From: a virus
Direction: 5' to 3' (one strand)
DNA: 64,000 bases
Virus record (IMG/VR): IMGVR_UViG_3300009481_003844
The position numbers and the translations under genes were made by a program. How positions within the stretch are numbered: position 1 is the stretch's first letter; every line of letters starts with the position of its first letter. Below the pieces are notes generated by a model. That model was given only the letters and a program-made list of their open reading frames with translations. It was not told where the DNA came from and did no database searches. This document shows, in pieces, positions 16,760 through 27,067 of this stretch.

Positions 16760-17903
16760 TAGAGTTATTGGTTCGGGAAGAACCTTTGATGAACAGAAGA
16801 TGGGAACAGAACCAGTCTTTGATGAAAATTCTACTCCATCAGATATCATGCATGGATTGAATTGGTATAGCCATTTTCATGAAGCAGATCAATCTAAAAA
16901 ATGGATGCTGGAATACATGAAACATTCTGGATATAGTAAAGAAGATATTCAGAAAGTAAGATCCTTTCCATGGGGAAAAGGTGGACTTCTTGTTGATGGA
17001 CCAAACGTTATTCATTTGAAGGGTGGAGGTTTTCTTGCTAGAATGATTATGAGAGGATATGAACATTTTCCCAAAGAGTATGTAGAAAAAATTAGTAATC
17101 TTATTGACTATAGTAGGAAAAAAGGCGAACTTGTTTCAAAAGAAAAATCTGCTGAAAAAGAAATTAACGGAAATGATAAACCGTCAATTCAAGATCATAT
17201 AAAAGAACAAGTTTCTTTATATGCTTCTGAACTAGAACAATCCATAGATGATTTTATAGACAACAATTATGAATCGACTATGAATGTATATGATTGGTTG
17301 GTTAGTAATAATGTAAAAGGATTGATTGCTAAAAAGATAGCAAAAAAGTTTGAACCTTATCTAGATGAAATAAGATTAATTCCTACAGATGAAGATATGG
17401 CTGAAGCATTTGCTCATATGAAGAAGAAACAACTTGTTAGTTATGAGAATTATATTCAATCAATTATTGATGACTGTGAACGATATTCTGAAAATGCTAA
17501 TAAGCAAAGAAAGCCACGAAAGAAAAAGCCCGTTTCAGTTTCGAAACAAATTGCTAAATTAAATTACAAAAAACAAGATGACGAATATAAAATAGCATCT
17601 ATCAATCCTTCTGAGATTGTTGGTGCTGATCGATTGTATGTATTCAATTCAAAGTATCGTAAACTTGGTGTGTATCAAGCAGAAGGTCATGCAGGACTAT
17701 CTGTAAAAGGAAGTACTCTCCGAGGATTTGATACATCACTTTCTAAATGTAAAAAAGTAAGAAAGCCAGAAGAAGTATTATCAAAAATGCTCTCTGGAGG
17801 TAAACTTGCTATTAAAAGACAGTACGAATCTATTAATTCTAAAGAAAAAGACTTAACGGGTCGTATTAACAATGAAACTATACTGCTTAAAGTTGTAAAA
17901 TGA
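16710..17903 (+). CDS. Conserved T4-like phage protein upstream of rnh
   Basis: LNWYS, C-terminal YVFN.KYRKLG.Y...GLSVKGSTL..FD...K.RKP...GRIN.ETILL. Confidence 0.7.
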   Translation: MPKKKLKKKSLLTKKINRVIGSGRTFDEQKMGTEPVFDENSTPSDIMHGLNWYSHFHEADQSKKWMLEYMKHSGYSKEDIQKVRSFPWGKGGLLVDGPNVIHLKGGGFLARMIMRGYEHFPKEYVEKISNLIDYSRKKGELVSKEKSAEKEINGNDKPSIQDHIKEQVSLYASELEQSIDDFIDNNYESTMNVYDWLVSNNVKGLIAKKIAKKFEPYLDEIRLIPTDEDMAEAFAHMKKKQLVSYENYIQSIIDDCERYSENANKQRKPRKKKPVSVSKQIAKLNYKKQDDEYKIASINPSEIVGADRLYVFNSKYRKLGVYQAEGHAGLSVKGSTLRGFDTSLSKCKKVRKPEEVLSKMLSGGKLAIKRQYESINSKEKDLTGRINNETILLKVVK

Positions 17904-18733
17904 TATTACTTGATTATTCACAAATCGTTATTGCGAATGTGATGATGAATAAGAAATCAATGTCTGAAGATTTTGTTAGACATGCGGTTTTAAATACTAT
18001 AAGAATGTATCATCATAAATTTACTGAAGAATATGGTGATCTGGTTGTTTGTTGTGATGCAACAAATAATTGGCGAAAAGAAGCATTTAAATATTATAAA
18101 GCACAAAGAAAAACAACAAGAGATAAATCTGATTTTGATTGGTCTGAATTATTCAGATTATTACACATGGTGCGAGAAGAAATAGCTGAAAATTTCCCTT
18201 ATAAGGTCGTATATATAGATAAAGCAGAGGCAGATGATATTATTGCCACTCTTATACTAAATAAAGATAAAGAAGAACCTGTTTTAATATTGTCAAGTGA
18301 TAAAGATTTTATTCAGTTACAAAAATACAAAAATGTTAATCAATATTCTCCTCTAAAGAAAAACTTTCTTGATACTGATAATCCAGAAAATTTTTTAAGA
18401 GAACATATTCTTAGGGGTGATGTAAGTGATGGTGTTCCTAATTTTTTGTCTAGTGATGATACATTTGTTACTGATAAAAGACAAACGCCATTATCAAAGA
18501 AAAAAGTTTCAGTTTGGTCCGAACTTGAGCCCGATGTATTTTGTCAGGGTGAACAATTACGTAATTATCGCAGAAATGAAATGTTAATTGATTTAACAAA
18601 GATTCCTGAATGGTTGCAAACTAATATTGTGGTTGAATATGATAAACAACCAGAGATTGGTAGAACTAAACTTTTTAATTATTTCGTAAAACATAAACTT
18701 AAAAATTTAATGGAGCATATAAATGAATTTTAG
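17900..18733 (+). CDS. rnh: T4-like RNase H (5'-3' exonuclease, FEN family)
   Basis: ILLDYSQI, CCDA.NNWRK...YYKA.R, EADDII, ILSSDKDF.QL, GD.SDG.PN. Confidence 0.95.
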   Translation: MILLDYSQIVIANVMMNKKSMSEDFVRHAVLNTIRMYHHKFTEEYGDLVVCCDATNNWRKEAFKYYKAQRKTTRDKSDFDWSELFRLLHMVREEIAENFPYKVVYIDKAEADDIIATLILNKDKEEPVLILSSDKDFIQLQKYKNVNQYSPLKKNFLDTDNPENFLREHILRGDVSDGVPNFLSSDDTFVTDKRQTPLSKKKVSVWSELEPDVFCQGEQLRNYRRNEMLIDLTKIPEWLQTNIVVEYDKQPEIGRTKLFNYFVKHKLKNLMEHINEF

Positions 18734-18741
18734 GAGACATT

Positions 18742-19272
18742 ATGCCAGCTAAAATGACAAGTGATATATTATCAGTTGCAAATATGATGAAAACTGATGA
18801 AGAACGTAGTAATTATTTGCGACAAAATCCATCTAAAGCAGTAAAGGAATTACTGCGGCATAATTTTGATAAAGATATAAAGTTTTTGCTTCCCGAGGGA
18901 AGACCTGATTTAAAAGAAGATGAGTTTAATCCACGAAGAGGATTTATTGAAGGAGTTGATGATGGAGCTACTTTGAATTATGAAGTAAGAAAATTATATT
19001 TATTTATTGAGGGGGGACACCCAAATTTAACCAGCGTAAAGCGTGAAACTCTGTGGATCGAATTGGTTAACTCGTTACACCCCTCTGAGGCTGATGATCT
19101 TTGGCATATGAAGGATAAAAAACTTCAAGAAAAATATGATAAGATTACTCACCTCGTGGCTTATAACTCTTTTCCGGAGTATCTTCGACAACCCGAACCT
19201 GAACCTACTAGGGATAGTCAGGGCCGTTTTACAAGCACCAAAAAAACTAAGAAAAAGAAAGCAAAAAAATGA
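18742..19272 (+). CDS. Conserved T4-like hypothetical protein downstream of rnh
   Basis: NFD.DIKFLLPEG.P, KRE.LWI.L..SLHPSEA. Confidence 0.7.
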   Translation: MPAKMTSDILSVANMMKTDEERSNYLRQNPSKAVKELLRHNFDKDIKFLLPEGRPDLKEDEFNPRRGFIEGVDDGATLNYEVRKLYLFIEGGHPNLTSVKRETLWIELVNSLHPSEADDLWHMKDKKLQEKYDKITHLVAYNSFPEYLRQPEPEPTRDSQGRFTSTKKTKKKKAKK

Positions 19273-19979
19273 AAGTATTGATGACCTGTGCTGGCATGAA
19301 TACAGAGTTAAGGCCCTTTACGGATATGATGCCAAAGTGTTTATTGCCAGTGAAGGCGAAACCGATTCTATTTCACAATCTTGAATGGCTACAAAAATTT
19401 AATATTGATGAAGTAATTCTTACAACAAGTTATTATCATAATCAAATTGAATTAGCATTAAAAAAATTTGGAAGTTTTATAGTTAATACTCATAAACAAA
19501 AGGGCGGTGTTGGATCAGCACAGTCTTTGAGAAATTTAAGTTATAAATTTGAAAATGATGATTTTTTATTTTTACGTGGTGACAATTTATATAATTTTGA
19601 TATAGATAAACATTATAAATCACATAAAGATAATAAAAAAATGATTTCTGTTTTATCTCATATGACTATGGGAGATAGTAAATATAAAACTTTCATTAAA
19701 TATAAAAATGATTCTGATAAAATAGAAAAGATTTCAGTTAGACCTGATTATAAAATGACTAAAGAACTTTTAGCAACATCAGGAGCATGTTTTTTAAGTC
19801 CAACGATTTTTGATAAAATTGGAAAGAGGGACAGACATTTAATCGATGATATTTTTCCTAAACAATTGGAAGATATTAATGTAATAGTAGATAATGCTTC
19901 CGTTCAATTTTTTAATACTGCAAAAGAATATTTGTCAATTGCTAATTCAAAAGGCATGACTGGTATTAGTAGAATGTAA
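19269..19979 (+). CDS. Sugar-phosphate nucleotidyltransferase (NTP_transferase), degenerate signature
   Basis: CAGMNTELRPFT..MPKCLLPV..KPIL; G.GD-like RGDN. Confidence 0.8.
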   Translation: MKVLMTCAGMNTELRPFTDMMPKCLLPVKAKPILFHNLEWLQKFNIDEVILTTSYYHNQIELALKKFGSFIVNTHKQKGGVGSAQSLRNLSYKFENDDFLFLRGDNLYNFDIDKHYKSHKDNKKMISVLSHMTMGDSKYKTFIKYKNDSDKIEKISVRPDYKMTKELLATSGACFLSPTIFDKIGKRDRHLIDDIFPKQLEDINVIVDNASVQFFNTAKEYLSIANSKGMTGISRM

Positions 19980-19989
19980 AAGGATTATT

Positions 19990-20271
19990 ATGCCAACATA
20001 TGATTATAAATGTACAAAATGTGGAAATGTCTTTGAAAAAGAATTAAAAATAGCTGACAGAAAGATTCCAACTGAATCTCCTTGTGCAGAAGATGTTCCT
20101 CAGACAAAACATATGAATTTTAAGTGTAATGGTGAAATAATACAACTGCTTTCTGCTCCAGGATTTGCTTATGATAATATCGGCCCAAAGAAACCAGATG
20201 CTTCTTTTAATGATAAACTAAAAGAAATAAAGAAGGCTCATAAGTATAGTACTTTACCTATAATTGAATAA
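19990..20271 (+). CDS. FmdB-family zinc-ribbon protein
   Basis: MPTYDYKCTKCG..FE. Confidence 0.85.
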   Translation: MPTYDYKCTKCGNVFEKELKIADRKIPTESPCAEDVPQTKHMNFKCNGEIIQLLSAPGFAYDNIGPKKPDASFNDKLKEIKKAHKYSTLPIIE

Positions 20272-20921
20272 TGTTTATACATGAAAATGTTCTTGGTGAT
20301 TTAGAACTAAAAACTACAAATGAAAATGGAAAAAGATGTTATGTAACTCCTGATGGTGAAAAATATCCTTCCGTTACTACTGTACTTTCTGATTATAAAA
20401 AAGAAGGTATAATCAAATGGAGAAAACGTGTTGGTGAAAAACAGGCCAATAAGATTTCCACTCAAGCATCCCGCCGCGGTACAAAAGTTCATAAACTGTG
20501 TGAAGATTATTTGAATAACGAATTATCATTTGACGATTATACTCCTGATAATGTTGTTATGTTTAAAAGTATTCAATCTATTTTGGATGAAATAGAGTTG
20601 GTTTATGGCCAGGAACGTACACTATTTTCAAATCATTTAAGAGTAGGAGGAAGAGTCGATTGTGTTGGTAAATTTCGTGGAAAAAAACACATAATTGATT
20701 TTAAGACTTCAAGCAAACCCAAAAAAGAAGAATGGATTGATAATTATTTTATGCAAGGGTCAGCATATTCTGTTATGTGGGAAGAAATGACTGGCATATC
20801 TATACCTTATATCGCAATAATTATTGCTGTAGCAGATGAAATGCCACAGATTTTTATTGAACACAGAGATAATTGGATCGATAAGTTTATAGAGATTAGA
20901 AATAATTATGATAACACTTAA
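20271..20921 (+). CDS. Cas4-like PD-(D/E)xK exonuclease of T4-like phages
   Basis: YPSVTTVL, RGTKVH, GRVDCV, IIDFKTS.KPK, YFMQ..AY. Confidence 0.85.
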   Translation: MFIHENVLGDLELKTTNENGKRCYVTPDGEKYPSVTTVLSDYKKEGIIKWRKRVGEKQANKISTQASRRGTKVHKLCEDYLNNELSFDDYTPDNVVMFKSIQSILDEIELVYGQERTLFSNHLRVGGRVDCVGKFRGKKHIIDFKTSSKPKKEEWIDNYFMQGSAYSVMWEEMTGISIPYIAIIIAVADEMPQIFIEHRDNWIDKFIEIRNNYDNT

Positions 20922-22047
20922 TCTTGATGAGATCAAAAGAAAACCACAATTATTATCAATATTAGAAGAATTGAAACATGAAAAAGATTCAATTTTACTA
21001 TTTGATATGCCCGAAGGATCAAGATTATGGCCATTAGACGAAGAAGAAGACTTTTCTTATATTTTATTTTCAAAAGCACATGAAATTTTACAATATCACA
21101 AATTTGATGTTTGGTATTTGTGTTCTGATGTAAATATTAAGACCAGATATACAAAATGGTGTAAAAAAGTAGGTGTTGAAAAAAAGTTTAATGTATTATA
21201 TTTTCCATTTACTGTTAGATTAGATGTTATTGATTATATCAAACAAGAACACGTTGATTCTCTCGCCAATATTCCTAAGAAAAAAAATTTTATACAATTA
21301 ATTTGTAATCCTGATGTTTCTAGAATAGCAACTGTTAATCGTTATTATAAACATCTAAATTATGAATATTCTTTAGTTCCTCAGTTTCATAATGATCATG
21401 AAAATAATTTTGATATAAAAAATAGAATACTTACAGAAATTGAATTGTCTGATATATGGATTAATGATGTTGATGGAGGTAAAGAGTTAAAAGATTGGGA
21501 AACAATTACTGTAAATAATAAAAAACTTAATAAATATATTTTTAATGCATTTCTTCCTAAAGAAAGTTTTGAATCTTGTTGTGATGTAGTATTAGAAACT
21601 TATTTAGATGGTCCACTTTATTTTACTGAAAAAACATGGAAACAATTTTTGTTTCAAAAGCCTTTTATTATGATAGGCACAAAAGGTATTAATCATTATT
21701 TACAAGATTTAGGATTTGAATTATATGATGAAATTTTTGATTATGATTATGACTTAGAAGATAATAATATAAGAAGATTAGAGGGGTTTTGGACTCAAAT
21801 AGAACGATATTTAGACCTTGATGTTCCTGATTTTGAGAAGAAACTTATTATATTGAAAAAAAAGCTAATACATAATAGAAATACCTACATTAAATGGATA
21901 TCAAATATAGATAACGTATTAAATGATCATCGACCAGAATATGATGAGTTGGCTCATTATTTCTATCTTTATTCTACTTTTTACGAAAAAGAATATTTAC
22001 CAGATAAGGGGTTTAACATAATTAAAAAAATTTGTTTGGGGTGTTAA
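20908..22047 (+). CDS. GT10 (fucosyltransferase)-like protein, paralog 1
   Basis: ETY..GP.YFTEKTWK...KPFI.IG...GF..YDE.FDY.YD C-terminal block. Confidence 0.5.
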   Translation: MITLNLDEIKRKPQLLSILEELKHEKDSILLFDMPEGSRLWPLDEEEDFSYILFSKAHEILQYHKFDVWYLCSDVNIKTRYTKWCKKVGVEKKFNVLYFPFTVRLDVIDYIKQEHVDSLANIPKKKNFIQLICNPDVSRIATVNRYYKHLNYEYSLVPQFHNDHENNFDIKNRILTEIELSDIWINDVDGGKELKDWETITVNNKKLNKYIFNAFLPKESFESCCDVVLETYLDGPLYFTEKTWKQFLFQKPFIMIGTKGINHYLQDLGFELYDEIFDYDYDLEDNNIRRLEGFWTQIERYLDLDVPDFEKKLIILKKKLIHNRNTYIKWISNIDNVLNDHRPEYDELAHYFYLYSTFYEKEYLPDKGFNIIKKICLGC

Positions 22048-22733
22048 TGGATTATGATTTTACAATAAGTAGTCATTGTAACGCCGCATGTCCTTCTTGT
22101 AAGAGATATGAAAGTCACAATAATCCGATTAATTTATATAATGAACCTTTGCATCCAGGATTAAATCAAATTCATATGGATTTTGATGAATTTAAATATA
22201 TTATTGAAAGAGATATTAATTTATTTAAAAACAAACTTGTAACATTTGAAGGTGAACTTGGGGATCCTATGGTTCATCCACATATAAAATCTTTTATAAA
22301 TTTTAGTACAGGTGTTTTTAAAAAATTAAAAATAGTTACTAATGGTGGAATTAGAAATGCAAAATTTTTTAATGATTTGGGAAATACATATAATAATTTA
22401 GAAATTATGTTTTCTATAGATGGTCTAGAAGATGATTTAAATGGGTTGTATAGAGTAAAAGTAAATACTAAAAAAGCAATTGGTAATATGGTTGCATTTG
22501 CTAAAAGTAAGTATGGAAAATCATGGGGAGTGAGTTGGCAATATCTTATTTTTGAACACAACTGGTTTGAAATACCAGAAGTTTTAGATTTTGCAAAATT
22601 ATACAATATACCTATTGTATTAAAAATAAATACTCGACCTAAATTTAGAATAGAAGATAGATTAATACCTAGTGTTGTTAAACAATATGAAAAAAATAAA
22701 TTTAAATTAAGCAATCTTGTTTTAGCGAATTAA
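22047..22733 (+). CDS. Radical SAM core protein lacking SPASM domain
   Basis: CNAACPSC; GELGDP; TNGG; FSIDG. Confidence 0.9.
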   Translation: MDYDFTISSHCNAACPSCKRYESHNNPINLYNEPLHPGLNQIHMDFDEFKYIIERDINLFKNKLVTFEGELGDPMVHPHIKSFINFSTGVFKKLKIVTNGGIRNAKFFNDLGNTYNNLEIMFSIDGLEDDLNGLYRVKVNTKKAIGNMVAFAKSKYGKSWGVSWQYLIFEHNWFEIPEVLDFAKLYNIPIVLKINTRPKFRIEDRLIPSVVKQYEKNKFKLSNLVLAN

Positions 22734-23422
22734 TGTTACCTGCAGAAACTTTTATATACAATTTTGAAATTACATCGTATTGTAATGCTGATTGTCCTAG
22801 TTGTTTTAGAACAATGAATAAAAGTAAATTGCCACTTAGACATTTAAAAGTTGAAGATTTCGAATTTTTAATATTAAACAATATAAATTTTATAAAAAAT
22901 AATCGATACGAAATACAAATTGCAAAATTTTGTGGAGAAGTTGGAGATCCTCTGTTACATCCTAAGATTGATCAATTAATTGGTATAGCTGAAAGTGTGT
23001 TTAATAGAGTTGAAATTTATACAAATGGTGGACTTAGAAATACAACTTGGATAAAAAATCTATTTAGACGATATGGAAAAACTCGTTTTGTGTTTGGTAT
23101 TGATGGATTGTCTGATGAAACAAATCAAATGTATAGAGTTAATGTGAGAACTGATATTGCATTAAAAAATATGATTGAATCTGCAAAATATAGACCTACT
23201 AGATGGGAATATACGATATTTAGTCACAATTATTTAGAATTATTTGATGTGATAATGTTTGCAAAAAAACACGACTTAAAGTTATTATGTAGATTTAATG
23301 GCCGAACTTTTAATAAACTTGATGATGAAAATATAGTTAAGTGTGAAACATTACTTAAAAAACATAATACAGACTATTACATATGCAAAGAAGATGTGAG
23401 AATGAAGAAGAAATTAAAATAA
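22733..23422 (+). CDS. Radical SAM core protein lacking SPASM domain
   Basis: CNADCPSC; CGEVGDP; TNGG; FGIDG. Confidence 0.9.
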   Translation: MLPAETFIYNFEITSYCNADCPSCFRTMNKSKLPLRHLKVEDFEFLILNNINFIKNNRYEIQIAKFCGEVGDPLLHPKIDQLIGIAESVFNRVEIYTNGGLRNTTWIKNLFRRYGKTRFVFGIDGLSDETNQMYRVNVRTDIALKNMIESAKYRPTRWEYTIFSHNYLELFDVIMFAKKHDLKLLCRFNGRTFNKLDDENIVKCETLLKKHNTDYYICKEDVRMKKKLK

Positions 23423-23688
23423 AATGTGATTTTTATAATTATGAATCTGCTAGTTGGAGTCAATATGAAATAGATTTAGATTTAAATGTATTTCCTTGTT
23501 GTCATTATTATATGGACCACACTTTAACTAAAAAACCTAATAAGCATATTAGTCATATAGATAATAGTCTTAAAACCAATTCTTTAAATAATATTTTTAA
23601 AGAATATGATAAAGTATTAAATGAAAAACTTTGGAAAAATAAAAAAACATGTCCTCCTCTTTGTATGAAAATTTGCCGAAAAAAATAA
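23383..23688 (+). CDS. Stand-alone SPASM/Twitch-like Fe-S domain protein
   Basis: IKC...EID.D.NVFPCC...NSLK.N.L..I...CPPLC..IC. Confidence 0.7.
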   Translation: MQRRCENEEEIKIKCDFYNYESASWSQYEIDLDLNVFPCCHYYMDHTLTKKPNKHISHIDNSLKTNSLNNIFKEYDKVLNEKLWKNKKTCPPLCMKICRKK

Positions 23689-24008
23689 ATAATAATCAAC
23701 ATAATTTACCTGAAGAATTTGAAGATTTGGTTTATTGTATAGGATGGCATGAACATAAAAAATGGGCAGAAGTTGAAATAGCATCTGATTTTTCTGTATA
23801 TCCTTGTTGTGCTTTACATGCAGAGCATCAATTAAATAAAAGATTCTTAGATAAAAAATTAGATAGTTTTGATAAGGAATGGAATAATTTAAAGAAACAT
23901 AAATTGAAAGATATCTTAAAAATATGGAGAGAACATATTAAACCAGAATTTTGGAAAAAAGAAAAAACATTACCCGAATGCTGTAAAACATTATGCAAGA
24001 TAAAATAA
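23649..24008 (+). CDS. Stand-alone SPASM/Twitch-like Fe-S domain protein
   Basis: VYC...EI.SDFSVYPCC...NNLK.H.L.DI...PECC..LC. Confidence 0.7.
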   Translation: MSSSLYENLPKKINNNQHNLPEEFEDLVYCIGWHEHKKWAEVEIASDFSVYPCCALHAEHQLNKRFLDKKLDSFDKEWNNLKKHKLKDILKIWREHIKPEFWKKEKTLPECCKTLCKIK

Positions 24009-24799
24009 TAATATTTGGAGATAGTTTTGCAGATCCTGCAGACAGAAAATACGAAAATAAAAATGTAACAACGTGGTATGAATTTTTGAAATCAGATTAT
24101 AAAATAACAAATCATGCTTTATCTGGTACAGGTCCTCACTATTCATTTAAAGAATATTATAATTTTATTTCTAGTGATAATAATAAAGAAGAGTATATTT
24201 GTATTTTTTTATTAAGTGGAGAAGATAGAATTCATTTCTATAATGCTGATCCCCAAACTATTACACATATTAATTGGAACTTTGATAAAAAAGAAAGTTG
24301 GTGGGCAGAAGATTCAAATTTAACGAAACAAAAAATATATTATGATACATTTAAATCTGAAATTGATTTTTTCTTTTTAACAATGCATGATGAATTAAAA
24401 TGGTCTAATTTTAAAAATTTAGGATTCCTTTATATGAATTCTTTATTATTAAATATGAAAACATTTGTATTTTGTACTTATGGTATTAAAATATTAAGTG
24501 GAATGGGTAATTTTTTAAATCTTACGCAACTTAATAATTCAAATTTTTATTTATATCCAACTGAATTGGGATATATTGCTCATCAAGAATTTGTTGATTT
24601 AGAAACTGCTGGTGGTTATGATTTTGTAGATTATAGAAGAAATCATTTATCACAAGAAAATCATAAAGTTTTATATGAAAATATAAAAAAAATGATTAAA
24701 AATGATTATGAATATATTCCGTTTGTTAAAAATATAAATCATTCTCAAAATCTTGGACAATTTCGTAATTCAAAAACAGGAAAATTTATTTATGAATAG
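23993..24799 (+). CDS. SGNH/GDSL-fold hydrolase or acyltransferase-like protein
   Basis: IFGDSF; N.ALSGTGP; RRNHLS..NH; ends FIYE. Confidence 0.65.
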   Translation: MQDKIIIFGDSFADPADRKYENKNVTTWYEFLKSDYKITNHALSGTGPHYSFKEYYNFISSDNNKEEYICIFLLSGEDRIHFYNADPQTITHINWNFDKKESWWAEDSNLTKQKIYYDTFKSEIDFFFLTMHDELKWSNFKNLGFLYMNSLLLNMKTFVFCTYGIKILSGMGNFLNLTQLNNSNFYLYPTELGYIAHQEFVDLETAGGYDFVDYRRNHLSQENHKVLYENIKKMIKNDYEYIPFVKNINHSQNLGQFRNSKTGKFIYE

Positions 24800-25655
24800 A
24801 TTATTTGTTTTTGGAGATAGTTTTAGTCATCCAAATAGAGTTGATATTGATAAATTGCCTTTATGTGAGTTTATTGATGATAAATTTTTTACATTTTATC
24901 GTATAGTAGCAGAAAAGTTAAAAGCTGAATGTTATAATTTTTCATTAAGTGGTTCTGGCCCACAATATACAATGCTTAAATTTCATCAGGCTTTGTATCA
25001 TTATAAATTTAAAAAAAATGATTATATAGTTTTATTATTGTCAGATCCTAGTAGAGATTATAACCCTATAGAAAATGATATAGAAGAAGTAAAATATGTT
25101 GAATTAGGGGACAGACCTCATTATGGATTTGAAAATATAAGAAATCTTATATATCTTCAATATATGTCAAAATATTTTTTTCCAGAAGTCAAGTTTTTTT
25201 GTAATGTTATATGGAAAGAAAGTTCATTTTTTGAAGGTGAATATTATTCAAGTAGAGAAGGTGAATTTGGAATACACCAAAATGATTTTCCATCTAAAGA
25301 TTTTAAATTTGAAAAGTTATATAATTTAAATGATAGTAATAATTGGTTTTATTTGTGCGATTGTGAATTAGGTATTATTCATATGAAAGAATTTAAAAAA
25401 AAATACAAGATTTATATGTCTCATGAACGATTGCATTTTATACACAATGAAGATTCACAATTTAAAGTAAAAGCAGAAGTCAATGATAGTAGAGTAAATC
25501 ATATGAGTCAAAGAACTCATAATACTTTTGCTAATATTATTTTGGATTTTTTTATTAATAATAAAAGACCTATAAATACTGATAATTTTTTCGAAACTGG
25601 TTTTTTAGATTATGATGATCCACATTTAATTCCACAGGAATTTATATATGAATGA
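24792..25655 (+). CDS. SGNH/GDSL-fold protein
   Basis: VFGDSF; NFSLSGSGP; RVNHMS..TH; ends FIYE; ATG overlapping the upstream stop. Confidence 0.65.
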   Translation: MNRLFVFGDSFSHPNRVDIDKLPLCEFIDDKFFTFYRIVAEKLKAECYNFSLSGSGPQYTMLKFHQALYHYKFKKNDYIVLLLSDPSRDYNPIENDIEEVKYVELGDRPHYGFENIRNLIYLQYMSKYFFPEVKFFCNVIWKESSFFEGEYYSSREGEFGIHQNDFPSKDFKFEKLYNLNDSNNWFYLCDCELGIIHMKEFKKKYKIYMSHERLHFIHNEDSQFKVKAEVNDSRVNHMSQRTHNTFANIILDFFINNKRPINTDNFFETGFLDYDDPHLIPQEFIYE

Positions 25656-26382
25656 TTTTCATATTTTTGGAGATAGTTTTGGGGAAAATCCATTACATAG
25701 TGATTCTCCTGAATTTTGCTGGTTCAATAATTTAAAATTAAAAGTTGATGGAACAGTTTTTAATTATTGCTTAGGATGTACTGGTCCAATAGAAAATTTA
25801 AAACTGCTTCTAGAAAAAAAATTAAAAGATACTAATATAATATTTTTGTTATCTATAAAATACAGAATACCATTTCCTTTTTCGAAAGAACGTGGTCATA
25901 GTGAAGATTTTAAAGAAATTCATGATTCTCGCACTTCTCCTAGAAAAGAAGTTAATTATGCACTAGAATGGTTATATGAAATTGATATGGTTTATAACAT
26001 GTTTGGAGATGAAATAGAAATGTCTCCTTTCTTATGTATATTATATTTACATTTTTATGCTTTAAAAAATAATTGTAAAATATTGATTTTTTTATGTGAT
26101 CCAAATGATGTTGCAAATGAAAATTATTTTTATTTTAATAATGAACATTTTAAAGTACATAGAAAAAATATTTGGCATATGAGTCAAGAAGAATTTCGAA
26201 ACAGAATAATTGATCCTATTGAAGAAGAAAAAAGAGTTTCGCATATAAGTGAATGTAATCATACAATCATGTTTAATATTATTTTAAATTTTTTTATGAA
26301 TACTTCTTATAATGAATCATTTTATCAAAATTTATATGACGGATCAAAAGAAAAAATAAAAAATAGATTTATTTATGATTGA
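25648..26382 (+). CDS. SGNH/GDSL-fold protein
   Basis: IFGDSF; NYCLGCTGP; RVSHIS..NH; ends FIYD. Confidence 0.65.
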   Translation: MNDFHIFGDSFGENPLHSDSPEFCWFNNLKLKVDGTVFNYCLGCTGPIENLKLLLEKKLKDTNIIFLLSIKYRIPFPFSKERGHSEDFKEIHDSRTSPRKEVNYALEWLYEIDMVYNMFGDEIEMSPFLCILYLHFYALKNNCKILIFLCDPNDVANENYFYFNNEHFKVHRKNIWHMSQEEFRNRIIDPIEEEKRVSHISECNHTIMFNIILNFFMNTSYNESFYQNLYDGSKEKIKNRFIYD

Positions 26383-27067
26383 AAAAATAGAATACGATAC
26401 TAAAAAATATAATTTTGTTAAAGTTTTTCAAGAATATTTTGAAGAAGATTTAACAAAATTACATAAAAAACTTCAATTTGAACGTGAATTTTCGGAAATG
26501 GCAGGAGGAACAGAAGAGTTTGAAGTAGTATCACAAACTTATACAGATGTTATTAAAACTTTAGCTTTTAATGATTTATGGATTGAATTTGTTGAAAATG
26601 TTATTAAATCATATTTTGATAATAAATCTATTTACATTCAAAAACTTCCTTCTTTTAGAATATTTCCTGCAGGACATTCTGTAAAATATGTTGAAAATAC
26701 AACTGATGGATATAATAAACATTTAGATGCAGAGCCTCCTTATTATCATCCTAAATTTGAGAGCAGTTTTTGGATACCATTGACAGAATGTAATTATTTA
26801 AATGATTTTTATTATCAAGATGAATATGGATCATATCGAAGAGCAGATATACGTATAAATGAATTGCTAATTTTTAGTAGTGATGTGATACATGGAAATA
26901 GTGTACATAATAAATCTTCTCAAACTAGATGTTCTTTGGATTTTAAAGGTTTAGCAGTAGATGATTATGATGAAACTATGTTGAGTGATCAAATGATTTT
27001 AAAAAGAGGCTCACCATTTAAACAAAAAGATTGGTATAGTACAAAACATTATTATATGGAAATGTGA
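26375..27067 (+). CDS. StrG/PhyH-like Fe(II)/2OG dioxygenase
   Basis: KHLD...YHP.FE..FWIPLT; IHGN..N.S..TR.SLDF. Confidence 0.75.
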   Translation: MIEKIEYDTKKYNFVKVFQEYFEEDLTKLHKKLQFEREFSEMAGGTEEFEVVSQTYTDVIKTLAFNDLWIEFVENVIKSYFDNKSIYIQKLPSFRIFPAGHSVKYVENTTDGYNKHLDAEPPYYHPKFESSFWIPLTECNYLNDFYYQDEYGSYRRADIRINELLIFSSDVIHGNSVHNKSSQTRCSLDFKGLAVDDYDETMLSDQMILKRGSPFKQKDWYSTKHYYMEM

